Shown piece after piece: positions 1 to 8,517 of a DNA stretch of 27,547 nucleotides. The notes under the pieces are model-generated. The model had not been told where the DNA came from, did not search any database, and saw nothing but the letters and a program-made list of their open reading frames with translations. Position 1 is the stretch's first letter. Every line of letters begins with the position of its first letter. Position numbers and translations under genes: made by a program. Origin of the DNA: Clostridia bacterium (GTDB lineage Bacteria > Bacillota > Clostridia > UMGS1883); assembly GCA_045643845.1 (NCBI GenBank), contig JAZRFX010000111.1, forward strand, positions 1 through 27,547, in the 5' to 3' direction.

Positions 1-1
1 G

Positions 2-322
2 TCAGCAACTCCTTGGCTCACAGAACGACATGGCTCCGATCCGACTTACGCATTTATTGAGTACTGTACATACAATGCTGTAGCGTTGCTTGTTTTGGCT
101 TTGGCTACTATAGTACAAAACACAAAAATAACAGCCAGTACTACTTTATATAATGCATCCAAAAGTGAAACTAACAAGGAAACTGAAAATGTTGTAGCAA
201 CCGAGATTGCTGAAATAAAGGCAGAAAAAGTAGTGAGAAACGAAACTAAACACTCGTGGAGATGTAATAACTGTGGCAAAATGCGAACAGAATCTCCTTG
301 CCCTCATTGTGGAAATGAATAA
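2..322 (+). CDS. 3' part of a hypothetical membrane protein with a C-terminal CxxC-x8-CxxC zinc ribbon (5'-truncated by the window edge)
   Basis: The frame is open from position 2 (SATPWLTERHGSDPTYAFIEYCTYNAVALLVLALATIV...), so the ORF-track TTG at 86 is probably not the start. It has a hydrophobic segment, ends WRCNNCGKMRTESPCPHCGNE, and is followed by a terminator. Confidence 0.7.
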   Translation, partial: SATPWLTERHGSDPTYAFIEYCTYNAVALLVLALATIVQNTKITASTTLYNASKSETNKETENVVATEIAEIKAEKVVRNETKHSWRCNNCGKMRTESPCPHCGNE

Positions 323-355
323 AATTCATCTAATTTGATTGGTTAAAACAACCTC

Positions 356-387
356 AAAACCCTTGTTTTCAAGGGTTTTTGTTTTTT
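356..387 (+). terminator. Intrinsic terminator
   Basis: AAAACCCTTG-TTTT-CAAGGGTTTT hairpin followed by TGTTTTTT. Confidence 0.8.
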
Positions 388-400
388 ACGCTATATCTAC

Positions 401-429
401 TTGAAATTTGCCCAAAAGTGTGGTATAAT
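401..429 (+). promoter_or_regulatory. sigmaA-type promoter with extended -10 for the CNNM pair
   Basis: TTGAAA-17 bp-TATAAT with TGn before the -10. The ORF-track TTG start at 401 is actually this -35 box. Confidence 0.8.
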
Positions 430-466
430 ACCTGCTGATTATGTAATACAAGGAGTTGGTTTTTTC

Positions 467-1489
467 ATGGACGGCAGTCCGGCGGGCTATTTAATTTTTA
501 TTTTTGTATTGTTATTACTGGCAGCCTATTTCGCAGGTGCGGAGATTGCTTTGGCATCGGTAAATCGAATCAGGCTGGAAAATCGTGCGGAAGACGGCGA
601 TAAGCGTGCAAAGCGCGTAATTTACATTCTTGACCATTTTGACAAGGCTCTCACAACCTTGCTCATCGGTACAAATGTAACTCACGCAGGTATTGCAACT
701 CTTTCCACAGTGTTTACATACAATTTGTTTGACAGCATTGAGGCGATGCCCGATTACGCGGTAACGCTCTCTACAATTATTTCAACAATTGTTGTATTCT
801 TAATTGGCGAGATGATTCCCAAAGCCTTCGCAAAAGCGTGTAATGAAAGATTCGCGCTTGCAATTTCAGGCTCTTTGGTGTTTTTGATGAAGGTTATGAC
901 TCCCGTCAGCTTTTTCTTTTCAGTTATCAGCGAGTGGGTAAGTCGCCCCTTCAAGAAAAAGGCGGAAGAAACCCCGACTGTAACCGAGGAAGAGCTTTAT
1001 GACATTATCGAAACCTTCGTTGAAGAAAACGAAATTGATGAAGAAACTGAAGAATTAGTGCAGAACGCTATTGATTTTTCAGCTCGTACCGCGAAGGATG
1101 TAATGACACCCTGGGAAAATGTACTGCGCATCAATGTTCACGATCCTAACGAGCAGGTTCTTGAATGTATCAAGAATTCAACCTACTCGCGTTTGCCCGT
1201 GGTAAATGACAAGGGCAGGGTAATCGGTACGCTTTCTATCCGTAATTTCCTTAAATGTCACTATAAAAAAGAAAATTTCAATGTACGCAAAATTATGACA
1301 AAAGCCACAATGATCAGCGACGAAACACCTGTGGACGATTTGCTTTCAACCCTTTCGGCTAATCGTACACATATTGCTTATGTGCGCTCTGGCGGGAAGA
1401 TTCTCGGAATCATCACGGTGGAGGATATTCTTGAAGAACTCGTAGGCGAAATCTACGACGAGAAGGAAGGGGGCAACGAAAATGCTTAA
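467..1489 (+). CDS. CNNM/CorB (hemolysin-family, DUF21 + CBS pair) membrane protein, short form without the C-terminal CorC_HlyC domain
   Basis: AGGAG RBS at 451-455 precedes ATG 467. N-terminal TM helices (AEIALASVNRIRL, GEMIPKA), CBS motifs (YSRLPVV, LGIITVEDILEELVGEIYDE), then it ends immediately. Confidence 0.85.
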   Translation: MDGSPAGYLIFIFVLLLLAAYFAGAEIALASVNRIRLENRAEDGDKRAKRVIYILDHFDKALTTLLIGTNVTHAGIATLSTVFTYNLFDSIEAMPDYAVTLSTIISTIVVFLIGEMIPKAFAKACNERFALAISGSLVFLMKVMTPVSFFFSVISEWVSRPFKKKAEETPTVTEEELYDIIETFVEENEIDEETEELVQNAIDFSARTAKDVMTPWENVLRINVHDPNEQVLECIKNSTYSRLPVVNDKGRVIGTLSIRNFLKCHYKKENFNVRKIMTKATMISDETPVDDLLSTLSANRTHIAYVRSGGKILGIITVEDILEELVGEIYDEKEGGNENA

Positions 1490-2750
1490 TGTTATCGTTA
1501 TTATCGTATGCCTTATCTTTTCAGCCTTTTTCTCGTCTTCTGAAATAGCTTTCGCTTCAGCTAATAAATTGCGTTTAAAACACGCAGCGGAAGAAAAGGG
1601 AACAACAGCTTCGAGGTTGGCATATAAAATTTACGAAAATTATGAAAAGGCACTCGCTACCATACTTATCGGTAACAATCTTGTGAACATTGCTTCCGAA
1701 TCGGTTGCAACCGTTGTCATTATCGGTCTTATGGGCGCGGAAGATGCCTGGATTGCAACTATTGTAATGACCGTAATCGTATTGATTTGCGGCGAAATTG
1801 TTCCCAAGGTTGTTGTAAAAACAATGCCCGAAACTTTCTCTACAATTTTTGCAATTCCCTTATATGTGTTGATGATAATTACCCGTCCCATCGTTATAAT
1901 AGTAGATGCTATCGTAAAGCTTATCTCAAAACTTTGGGAAAAGGGCGTAGACACAACCCCCATCAGCAAAGAAGAATTGGAAACAATTCTGGACACTGTC
2001 GAGGACGAAGGAATCCTTGACGAAGAAAAGTGTGAACTTTTGCAAAGTGCTATCGACTTTGGCGAGGTTCAGGCGTATGAAATCATCACTCCACGCGTGG
2101 ATATGACAGCGATTGATGCTGACGATGACCGCCGTGAAATGATGGATATCATCCTAAACTCTTCCTACACCCGTATCCCTGTTTACAAGGATACAATTGA
2201 TAATATCATCGGTATTCTTCATGTTAATCTAGTAATGCGTGCCTTGACTGAAAATCCCGAAGCCGACATTTTAGGCTCGCTTTTTGAACCTGTATTTGTT
2301 CACAAGACAATGCCGCTTGACGATGTTCTTGATATGATGCGTGTAAAGCGTAATCACTTGGCAGTTGTTACCGACGAATACGGCGGAGTAATGGGCATTC
2401 TCACTATGGAAGATGTTATCGAACAGCTCGTTGGCGATATCTGGGACGAAAACGACGAGATTGAGCCCGAGGTAGTCGAGCTTTCCGAAGGTATTTTTGA
2501 AATTGACGGCGATATGAGAATTGAAGACTTCTTCGACGAAGTAGAATTCGACGACCGCGATTTTGACGACGATAACTCAACCGTCGGCGGTTTCGTTGTT
2601 CAGCAGCTTGGCCACTATGCTGAAGAAGGCGAAACTGTGGATTACGAAAATCTTTCTTTCACAGTTCTTAAGACTGATAACAGACGAATTGAGCGTCTTA
2701 AAGTTGAAGTTCATCCTGAAGAAGAGCCTGGCGAAGAAGAAACTGAATAA
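1482..2750 (+). CDS. CNNM/CorB (hemolysin-family, DUF21 + CBS pair + CorC_HlyC) Mg2+/divalent cation transporter
   Basis: FSAFFSSSEIA, LIGNNLVN, GEIVPK, EIITPRVDM, GILTMEDVIEQLVGDIWDE, then a CorC-type tail (IDGDMRIED...STVGGFV...TDNRRIERLKV). Overlaps the upstream paralog by 8 bp. Confidence 0.9.
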   Translation: MLNVIVIIVCLIFSAFFSSSEIAFASANKLRLKHAAEEKGTTASRLAYKIYENYEKALATILIGNNLVNIASESVATVVIIGLMGAEDAWIATIVMTVIVLICGEIVPKVVVKTMPETFSTIFAIPLYVLMIITRPIVIIVDAIVKLISKLWEKGVDTTPISKEELETILDTVEDEGILDEEKCELLQSAIDFGEVQAYEIITPRVDMTAIDADDDRREMMDIILNSSYTRIPVYKDTIDNIIGILHVNLVMRALTENPEADILGSLFEPVFVHKTMPLDDVLDMMRVKRNHLAVVTDEYGGVMGILTMEDVIEQLVGDIWDENDEIEPEVVELSEGIFEIDGDMRIEDFFDEVEFDDRDFDDDNSTVGGFVVQQLGHYAEEGETVDYENLSFTVLKTDNRRIERLKVEVHPEEEPGEEETE

Positions 2751-2756
2751 TTTACA

Positions 2757-2793
2757 AATAAAATCCCTGAAAAGTATTTTCAGGGATTTTATT
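2757..2793. terminator. Intrinsic terminator (17-bp perfect inverted repeat)
   Basis: AATAAAATCCCTGAAAA-GTA-TTTTCAGGGATTTTATT directly after the stop at 2750. Confidence 0.8.
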
Positions 2794-2812
2794 GTTAAAG
2801 CTATACATATTC

Positions 2813-2841
2813 TTGCAAAATGAAAGTGGCTGTGGTAAAAT
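2813..2841 (+). promoter_or_regulatory. sigmaA-type promoter with extended -10
   Basis: TTGCAA-17 bp-TAAAAT with TGn, followed by a GGAGGGG RBS before ATG 2872. Confidence 0.65.
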
Positions 2842-2871
2842 ATTTTCAAAGAAATATACGGAGGGGTAAGT

Positions 2872-4056
2872 ATGGATTTTCAGTACCTTAAAAACTTTTT
2901 GGATATGATGGCAAAGGAGAGAACTCCAGGTAATGCCATAGAGGTAAAAATAGGCAACGAAACTGTCTTTAAATACGCGGCAGGATATTCCGACCTTGAA
3001 ACAAAGACAAAGCTTACAGGGGATGAATATTTTAATATTTTCTCCTGCTCAAAAATTACTACTATGACGGCTGTTTTACAGCTCCTTGAAAAGAGTAAAA
3101 TCCTTGTTACGGACCCTCTTTACGACTATATTCCTGAATACAAAAATATAACTGTAAAGGACGCTGACGGTAATATCCGCGAGGCGAAGAACCCAATCAC
3201 AATCGGGAACCTCGTCACAATGACTGCAGGCTTTGGATATAACTTCAAAACCGATGCTGCGGAAAAAACAAGAGTGCTTACCGACGGCAAAATGAACACC
3301 GATGTTTTTGCGCGTTGTATGGCGGAGGAGCCCCTTCTTTATGATCCTGGCGAAAAATGGCGTTACAGCCTCGCACACGATATTCTTGCAGGTCTTATCA
3401 CTATAATCGAAGGAAAACCTTTCCGTCAGTATGTAAAGGAAAACATCTTTGAACCTCTTGGTATGGATAAGGCGGTCTACCATGCTACCGATGATATAAA
3501 GGCGCAAATGGCATCGCAGTATAAATTTGTTCCGACGGGTGAGGAAGGCGAAATAGATATCGTTGCAGCACAGCAGTATGGAAAGAGCAACGACGGCACC
3601 TTCGTCAATATTGGTAAGGGCTGCGCCCATGTGCTCGGTGATGAATTTGATAGTGGTGGAGCAGGTATAACAACTACTATTTCTGATTATATTAAGTTAT
3701 TAGAGGCACTCGCTAACTTCGGCGTAGGCGCAACAGGGGAGAGAATTCTCACAAAAAATGCAGTTGAGCTTATGCGCACAAATGCTCTTACCGAAAAACA
3801 GCTTGAATACTTTAACTGGGTACAAGCAGCAGGCTGTGGCTATGGTTACGGAGTAAGAACTCTTATGAATCCTGCCAAGGCAGGTGTGATTGGTAATATC
3901 GGCGAAATCGGATGGGGTGGCGCGGCAGGTGCTACAGCGCTTGTTGATTCCAGTCTTAATCTTTCAGTTTTCTATGCTCAGCATTGCCACAATCCCAGAG
4001 AGGGATTCTATCAGCCAAGACTTCGAAACGCAATATACGCATCACTCGGAAGATAA
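2872..4056 (+). CDS. Serine hydrolase, beta-lactamase-related / family VIII esterase fold, cytoplasmic
   Basis: SxxK motif (FSCSK), LLYDPGEKWRYS (catalytic Tyr region), WGGAAG. No signal peptide. Confidence 0.85.
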   Translation: MDFQYLKNFLDMMAKERTPGNAIEVKIGNETVFKYAAGYSDLETKTKLTGDEYFNIFSCSKITTMTAVLQLLEKSKILVTDPLYDYIPEYKNITVKDADGNIREAKNPITIGNLVTMTAGFGYNFKTDAAEKTRVLTDGKMNTDVFARCMAEEPLLYDPGEKWRYSLAHDILAGLITIIEGKPFRQYVKENIFEPLGMDKAVYHATDDIKAQMASQYKFVPTGEEGEIDIVAAQQYGKSNDGTFVNIGKGCAHVLGDEFDSGGAGITTTISDYIKLLEALANFGVGATGERILTKNAVELMRTNALTEKQLEYFNWVQAAGCGYGYGVRTLMNPAKAGVIGNIGEIGWGGAAGATALVDSSLNLSVFYAQHCHNPREGFYQPRLRNAIYASLGR

Positions 4057-4060
4057 ATAT

Positions 4061-4098
4061 AAACGCATCTGTCCTACAGGGATGGGTGCGTTTGTTTG
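4061..4098 (+). terminator. Intrinsic terminator
   Basis: AAACGCATCTGTCC-TACAG-GGATGGGTGCGTTT stem (with G-U pairs) followed by GTTTG. Confidence 0.65.
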
Positions 4099-4145
4099 TA
4101 ATAGCAAAAAAATGTCAAAATAAGGGAGAAATAAGCCTAAAAACA

Positions 4146-4173
4146 TTGACATAATCGGCAAAAGGTATATAAT
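4146..4173 (+). promoter_or_regulatory. Consensus sigmaA promoter for the zinc-ribbon operon
   Basis: TTGACA-16 bp-TATAAT, with an AAGGAG RBS before ATG 4233. Confidence 0.8.
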
Positions 4174-4232
4174 ATTATTGTGGGGATTTTCTAACATTTA
4201 GAAGGTTCCAAAACTGATAAAGGAGTAAAATT

Positions 4233-6041
4233 ATGCTTTGTACGAAATGTGGCGCAAACAACGAAGAAAATTCTAAATTTTGTGACAACTGTGGTGCTGA
4301 CCTTTCAGAAATAAAGGAAACTCAAAACGATGCTAAAGACATCCCTGCTTTAGAGGTTTCTCCCGTAGTAGAAAATGAAGTTCAATCAGACCAGACTCCT
4401 GTTGAGGAAAAAACAGAAATCCAGGAGGAGGCTTCTGCCGTTGTAGAGGAAATAGCTCCTGAAACAACTGAATTTGAACTCGTGAAAAAAAGCGGAAAGA
4501 CGCGCAAGACGATTCTTATTGCACTTGCGATTTGTGTGCTTGGCGTTTTGTTCTGGGATACAGTTTTTGCTGCAGTTGCTCCCAAGCTGTATGCACAGAC
4601 CGTTCTTAACAAAACTATTGACAGAGTAAACGACGAAATACTCAAGTCGGAAAAGAATATTCTCGGATTCAATCTTGAAAACGAAAAAGAGCTTACAGCA
4701 AGTATGGAAGCTGTTTTAAACGAATTTGCAGGCAAAAAGCTCGATGGCCTTGGCGTCAGAGCTACTGCAACAGACTCTCAAAAGAAGAAAAAGTTTATGT
4801 ACAATGCAGAGCTTGTATATGACGAAAAAACTCTTGCTTCAGCTATATTCACGCTTGACGATAAGAATATTTACCTTGATTCTCCTGAATTTTTCAAGAA
4901 AAGTCTTATCGTTCCGTCAAAGGATTTCGGTAAAGCGTGGAACAATAGCGAAATTGCAGATGAGCTTGATGTAAAGCTTGATGAGAAGTTATTTGACCTC
5001 TCATACTCAAATCTTTCAAAAAAGCAGAAGGATAGCCTCCTGTCAAAGAAGTCCGAAAAATCAATTGAAAAAGAAATCGCAAAATTGATAAAAAGATCAA
5101 AAGTTGAAAATTCAAAGGGCAGTGCAACTGTAAATGATAAAACTGTAACAACAAAGGCAATTACAATTATTATCGATCCCGATGATTTTGAGGATATGCT
5201 TAATAATTCAATCGACATCATCGAAAAAGACGAAAACATAAAGAAAATGTTTGATTCTTCAAACGAAGTCGAAGACTCTATGGAAGAGCTTTTTGATGGA
5301 CTTCGTGACGGCGTGGAAGGACTTTGTGATGTTATCGATGATGAAATCATACTGGAACTTCAGGTCTACAAGGGTGAGGCTGTTTGTATCGCATGTGAGC
5401 TTGCTGTTGATGGCGGGGCTTCGATCAGAATGGAAATGGCTTTCGAAGACAGCAAAACATTCATAAACGATACGAGAATGCTTGTTGAAGTAAAGGTTAA
5501 CGGACAAAAAATCGCTTTTGAAGTGGATTCGGAAGGTAACCATATCGCAAAAGGAAAAGTCTTCACAGACGCAACTGTAATCAAAGTGAAGGCTGCAGGA
5601 CAGAAACTTGCAGAAGTAGAGCATACCATGACTATGGATATGAAGAAAAATGTATATGAGCAGGAAGTTATGATAAAGGCAAACGATAAAAAATTCGGTT
5701 TTGCATTTGAGGGAACCTGCTCAAACAAGAAGGAGTTTAACCTTGTAATCGATAAATTTAAGGTTAAGGGTGGTAACTCATCAGAAGTTGCGGAAGTAAT
5801 TCCTGATATCAAAGGAAAGCTCTCGCTTACCATCACTCCTGGGGCAAAATTTGAAAAGGTTGACACTTCGGGATCTCTCAATGTATTCTCGGCTGATGAA
5901 GATGATCTTCAGAAATGGGCTGAAGATGTAGAAGAAAAGGCTGAAGAATTTGCAGTAGAAAACGAAGAAGCTATTATGGATGTTGCCCAGGACTTTGGAG
6001 GCGTAGTACCACAGTCCTATCCCGATTATTATTACGAGTAA
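4233..6041 (+). CDS. Double-zinc-ribbon, single-pass membrane protein with a large uncharacterised extracellular domain
   Basis: N-terminal CTKC-x10-CDNC, acidic linker, basic KKSGKTRK, TM helix (ILIALAICVLGVLFW), then about 480 aa predicted to be beta-rich. Confidence 0.8.
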   Translation: MLCTKCGANNEENSKFCDNCGADLSEIKETQNDAKDIPALEVSPVVENEVQSDQTPVEEKTEIQEEASAVVEEIAPETTEFELVKKSGKTRKTILIALAICVLGVLFWDTVFAAVAPKLYAQTVLNKTIDRVNDEILKSEKNILGFNLENEKELTASMEAVLNEFAGKKLDGLGVRATATDSQKKKKFMYNAELVYDEKTLASAIFTLDDKNIYLDSPEFFKKSLIVPSKDFGKAWNNSEIADELDVKLDEKLFDLSYSNLSKKQKDSLLSKKSEKSIEKEIAKLIKRSKVENSKGSATVNDKTVTTKAITIIIDPDDFEDMLNNSIDIIEKDENIKKMFDSSNEVEDSMEELFDGLRDGVEGLCDVIDDEIILELQVYKGEAVCIACELAVDGGASIRMEMAFEDSKTFINDTRMLVEVKVNGQKIAFEVDSEGNHIAKGKVFTDATVIKVKAAGQKLAEVEHTMTMDMKKNVYEQEVMIKANDKKFGFAFEGTCSNKKEFNLVIDKFKVKGGNSSEVAEVIPDIKGKLSLTITPGAKFEKVDTSGSLNVFSADEDDLQKWAEDVEEKAEEFAVENEEAIMDVAQDFGGVVPQSYPDYYYE

Positions 6042-6081
6042 TTAAATTGATTTAATTATATAAATTCTAAGGAGGAAAATT

Positions 6082-8022
6082 ATGTTCTGTTCAAATTGTG
6101 GAGCAAAAAATGAGGAGGGCACAAAGTTTTGCGTGAACTGCGGTGCTAACCTCGAAGAAAAAGTTGAAAACACAGCAAATCAGGAACCTGAAACTGTAGA
6201 AGCACAGGAGCCCGTGGCAACACAGGAAGCTACACCCGTGCAGGAAACTGCAGAGTTCGTTGAAGCGGCTCCTGAAAAAAAGGTGGATGTAAAGAAGATA
6301 ATTACTACTGTAGTTATCGTTGCGGTAGTAGCGGCAATCGCATTCTTTGCAATTAAGTTAATCGGTGGATTGTTCGGCGGAAACGACGACGAAATTGATT
6401 ACAGCAAGCATCCTCTTCTTTATGTAAAAGACGGCGATGTAATGGCTAACCCCGCAGGTAAGAAGACTGCTTACGAAATCGGCGAAACAGATGAAGTTAG
6501 TAATTTCAAAGTTACTGAAGATGGTAAAGGCATCTTCTACGCAGCGGATTATGAAGGTGGCGAATATGACCTTTACTACAGAAAGTCTGCTGATATGAAG
6601 GGCGAATCAAAGAAGATTGATTCAGGTGTAACTTATTTCACCATCGTTCCCGAAACTCACAAGGTTGTTTACTTAAAGGATGACAAACTTGTTTACCACG
6701 ACCTTAAGAATGAAATAGCAATCGATAAAGATGTAGAAGACGTATACTTCATCTCAGAAGATGGCAAGATGGTTTTCTATACAGATGATGAGGGTACTAC
6801 TTTTGCCAGCAAGCTTGCTAAAAATGCAAAGCCCGAAGAAATCGGTGAAAATGTAAGCATCATTTCAAACGCTTACGAAGACTATAGCACAATCTACTTT
6901 GTAGAAGAAGATAAGCTTTACAAGAAGCAGCTTGGCAAGAAGGAAGAAAAGATTGCCAACGATGTATACACCGCTTTTGAGCTTGATGGAAAAGTGTTTG
7001 TAGTTCAGGCTGATGAAAAGGAATACAAGTTTGACGACCTCTTCATAAACGATATGAAGGACGAGATGGAAAACGCTGTAGAACCTAACGGATTGCCATA
7101 CCCCTTCCGTTCTGATTTCGAAACACAGGAAGATTATGAAGCTGCTCGTGAAGCATATGACGAAGCATGGGAAACATGGTATAAAGTTGATGGCTTAAGA
7201 GATATTGAAGAAGAGTATAACGAAAATCCCGAAAAGATTACTTCTTACTCTATCCACGAAGTAAAGGGTAAGGAACTCAAGAAAATTGACGAAAATATAA
7301 CAAGCCTCGGCTGGGGTGCAGACAAGGCAAAAGCTTATTACAAGAACGCAGGCGGCGAAGGCTTTGATAAGATTAAGCTCAGCGAACTTGAAAGCAGCTG
7401 GTCTGCAAGCAGCGAAGTTTACAACAGACTCTACTCTGACGATGCAAAGAGAGATCTTTACATTGTAACATCAGAAGGCAAGCACTTCCTTGCAATTGAA
7501 AATGCTAAGAACATAGAAGATTACGACTTCAGCGAAGACGGAAAGACTCTTTATGTATTCGAAAAGAAGGACGATAAGGAAGAAGGCGAACTTAAGAGCT
7601 ATAAGATTGGTGCTTCCAAGCTTTCAGGCGAAAAGGTTGTTGCTGAAGATGTAGCAGAATATGAGATCTATGACAGCGGCGAAATTGCAATCCAGAACAA
7701 GGATGGAGAAACATCTCTTATTATTGGCAAGAAGATTGTAGATATCGGCGAAGATGTTAGAAGCCTCAACTACGAAAAGGGAATATTCTTCTTCCTTGCA
7801 GATTACAGCGATAAGTCCGCTACAGGTGACCTTTCATACTGCGAAAACGGTAAGGTTAAGAAGATTGCCGATGATGTATATTCTTACAGAGTATTCAGCG
7901 AAAAGAGAATCGCTTACATTGGAGACTTTGACGATGATGACAGATGCGGTACCCTTTACATCGGCGGTAAGAGCGGTAAGGCAAAAGTCATAGACGATGA
8001 AGTTGAAAGAATTCTTTGGTAA
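6082..8022 (+). CDS. Double-zinc-ribbon, single-pass membrane protein with extracellular beta-propeller-like repeats
   Basis: AAGGAGG RBS. CSNC-x10-CVNC, acidic linker, TM (IITTVVIVAVVAAIAFFAI), then recurring K-I-[AD]-x-[DN]-V motifs spaced about 35-45 aa apart. Confidence 0.8.
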   Translation: MFCSNCGAKNEEGTKFCVNCGANLEEKVENTANQEPETVEAQEPVATQEATPVQETAEFVEAAPEKKVDVKKIITTVVIVAVVAAIAFFAIKLIGGLFGGNDDEIDYSKHPLLYVKDGDVMANPAGKKTAYEIGETDEVSNFKVTEDGKGIFYAADYEGGEYDLYYRKSADMKGESKKIDSGVTYFTIVPETHKVVYLKDDKLVYHDLKNEIAIDKDVEDVYFISEDGKMVFYTDDEGTTFASKLAKNAKPEEIGENVSIISNAYEDYSTIYFVEEDKLYKKQLGKKEEKIANDVYTAFELDGKVFVVQADEKEYKFDDLFINDMKDEMENAVEPNGLPYPFRSDFETQEDYEAAREAYDEAWETWYKVDGLRDIEEEYNENPEKITSYSIHEVKGKELKKIDENITSLGWGADKAKAYYKNAGGEGFDKIKLSELESSWSASSEVYNRLYSDDAKRDLYIVTSEGKHFLAIENAKNIEDYDFSEDGKTLYVFEKKDDKEEGELKSYKIGASKLSGEKVVAEDVAEYEIYDSGEIAIQNKDGETSLIIGKKIVDIGEDVRSLNYEKGIFFFLADYSDKSATGDLSYCENGKVKKIADDVYSYRVFSEKRIAYIGDFDDDDRCGTLYIGGKSGKAKVIDDEVERILW

Positions 8023-8050
8023 TTAGATTATCATAAAGGAGTTTTACTAA

Positions 8051-8452
8051 ATGGCAGATTTTTTTGGCAAGGTTTTGGACGGTGTTAACAAAAGTGTTGC
8101 AACTGTAAGCACAGGTTCAAAGACTATTCTTGAAAAAACAAAAATCAACAGTGTTATAAAAACACTTACAGACGAGAAAAAGCAGCTTACTGAAATTCTT
8201 GGAAGCAAGGTATATACATATGCTGCAGCGGAAAAGAAGGATGTTCCTTTTGCTGAAATTGAAGCAATTTGTGCTCAGATTACTCAGCGTATCGAGCAGA
8301 TTGCCGAGCAGCAGGCAAAGATTGATGCTCTTGATGACGAAATGAATAAAATCACAGGTTCATCAACTATTGCATCATCAGTTTGTCTTTGCGGACATGT
8401 CAACAAGGAAGGCGCAAAATTCTGCGCAGCTTGCGGAAAGAAACTCGGTTAA
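8051..8452 (+). CDS. Small soluble coiled-coil protein with a C-terminal zinc ribbon
   Basis: AAGGAG RBS. Helical heptad pattern (IKTLTDEKKQL...ITQRIEQIAEQQAKIDAL), ending VCLCGHVNKEGAKFCAACGKKLG. Confidence 0.8.
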   Translation: MADFFGKVLDGVNKSVATVSTGSKTILEKTKINSVIKTLTDEKKQLTEILGSKVYTYAAAEKKDVPFAEIEAICAQITQRIEQIAEQQAKIDALDDEMNKITGSSTIASSVCLCGHVNKEGAKFCAACGKKLG

Positions 8453-8457
8453 AATTC

Positions 8458-8490
8458 AAAAACCCCAACCTGAATGGTTGGGGTTTTTTT
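8458..8490. terminator. Bidirectional intrinsic terminator between convergent operons
   Basis: AAAAACCCCAACC-TGAAT-GGTTGGGGTTTTTTT, with A and T tracts on both sides. Confidence 0.85.
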
Positions 8491-8517
8491 ATGCAAAAAA
8501 TGAAACACATTTTGATT

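Noticed and set aside
467-2750. Hemolysin/toxin genes
   Set aside because: The 'hemolysin family' label on DUF21-CBS proteins is historical; these are CorB/CNNM-type cation transport proteins.
2872-4056. Antibiotic-resistance beta-lactamase
   Set aside because: No signal peptide, and the motifs (SxxK, YS, WGG) fit cytoplasmic family VIII esterase-like hydrolases. The fold alone does not imply resistance.
4111-4153. ATGTCAA...TTGACAT inverted repeat, or a divergent promoter upstream of the zinc-ribbon operon
   Set aside because: The reverse TTGACA has no properly spaced -10, and a 7-bp repeat in AT-rich DNA is not significant.
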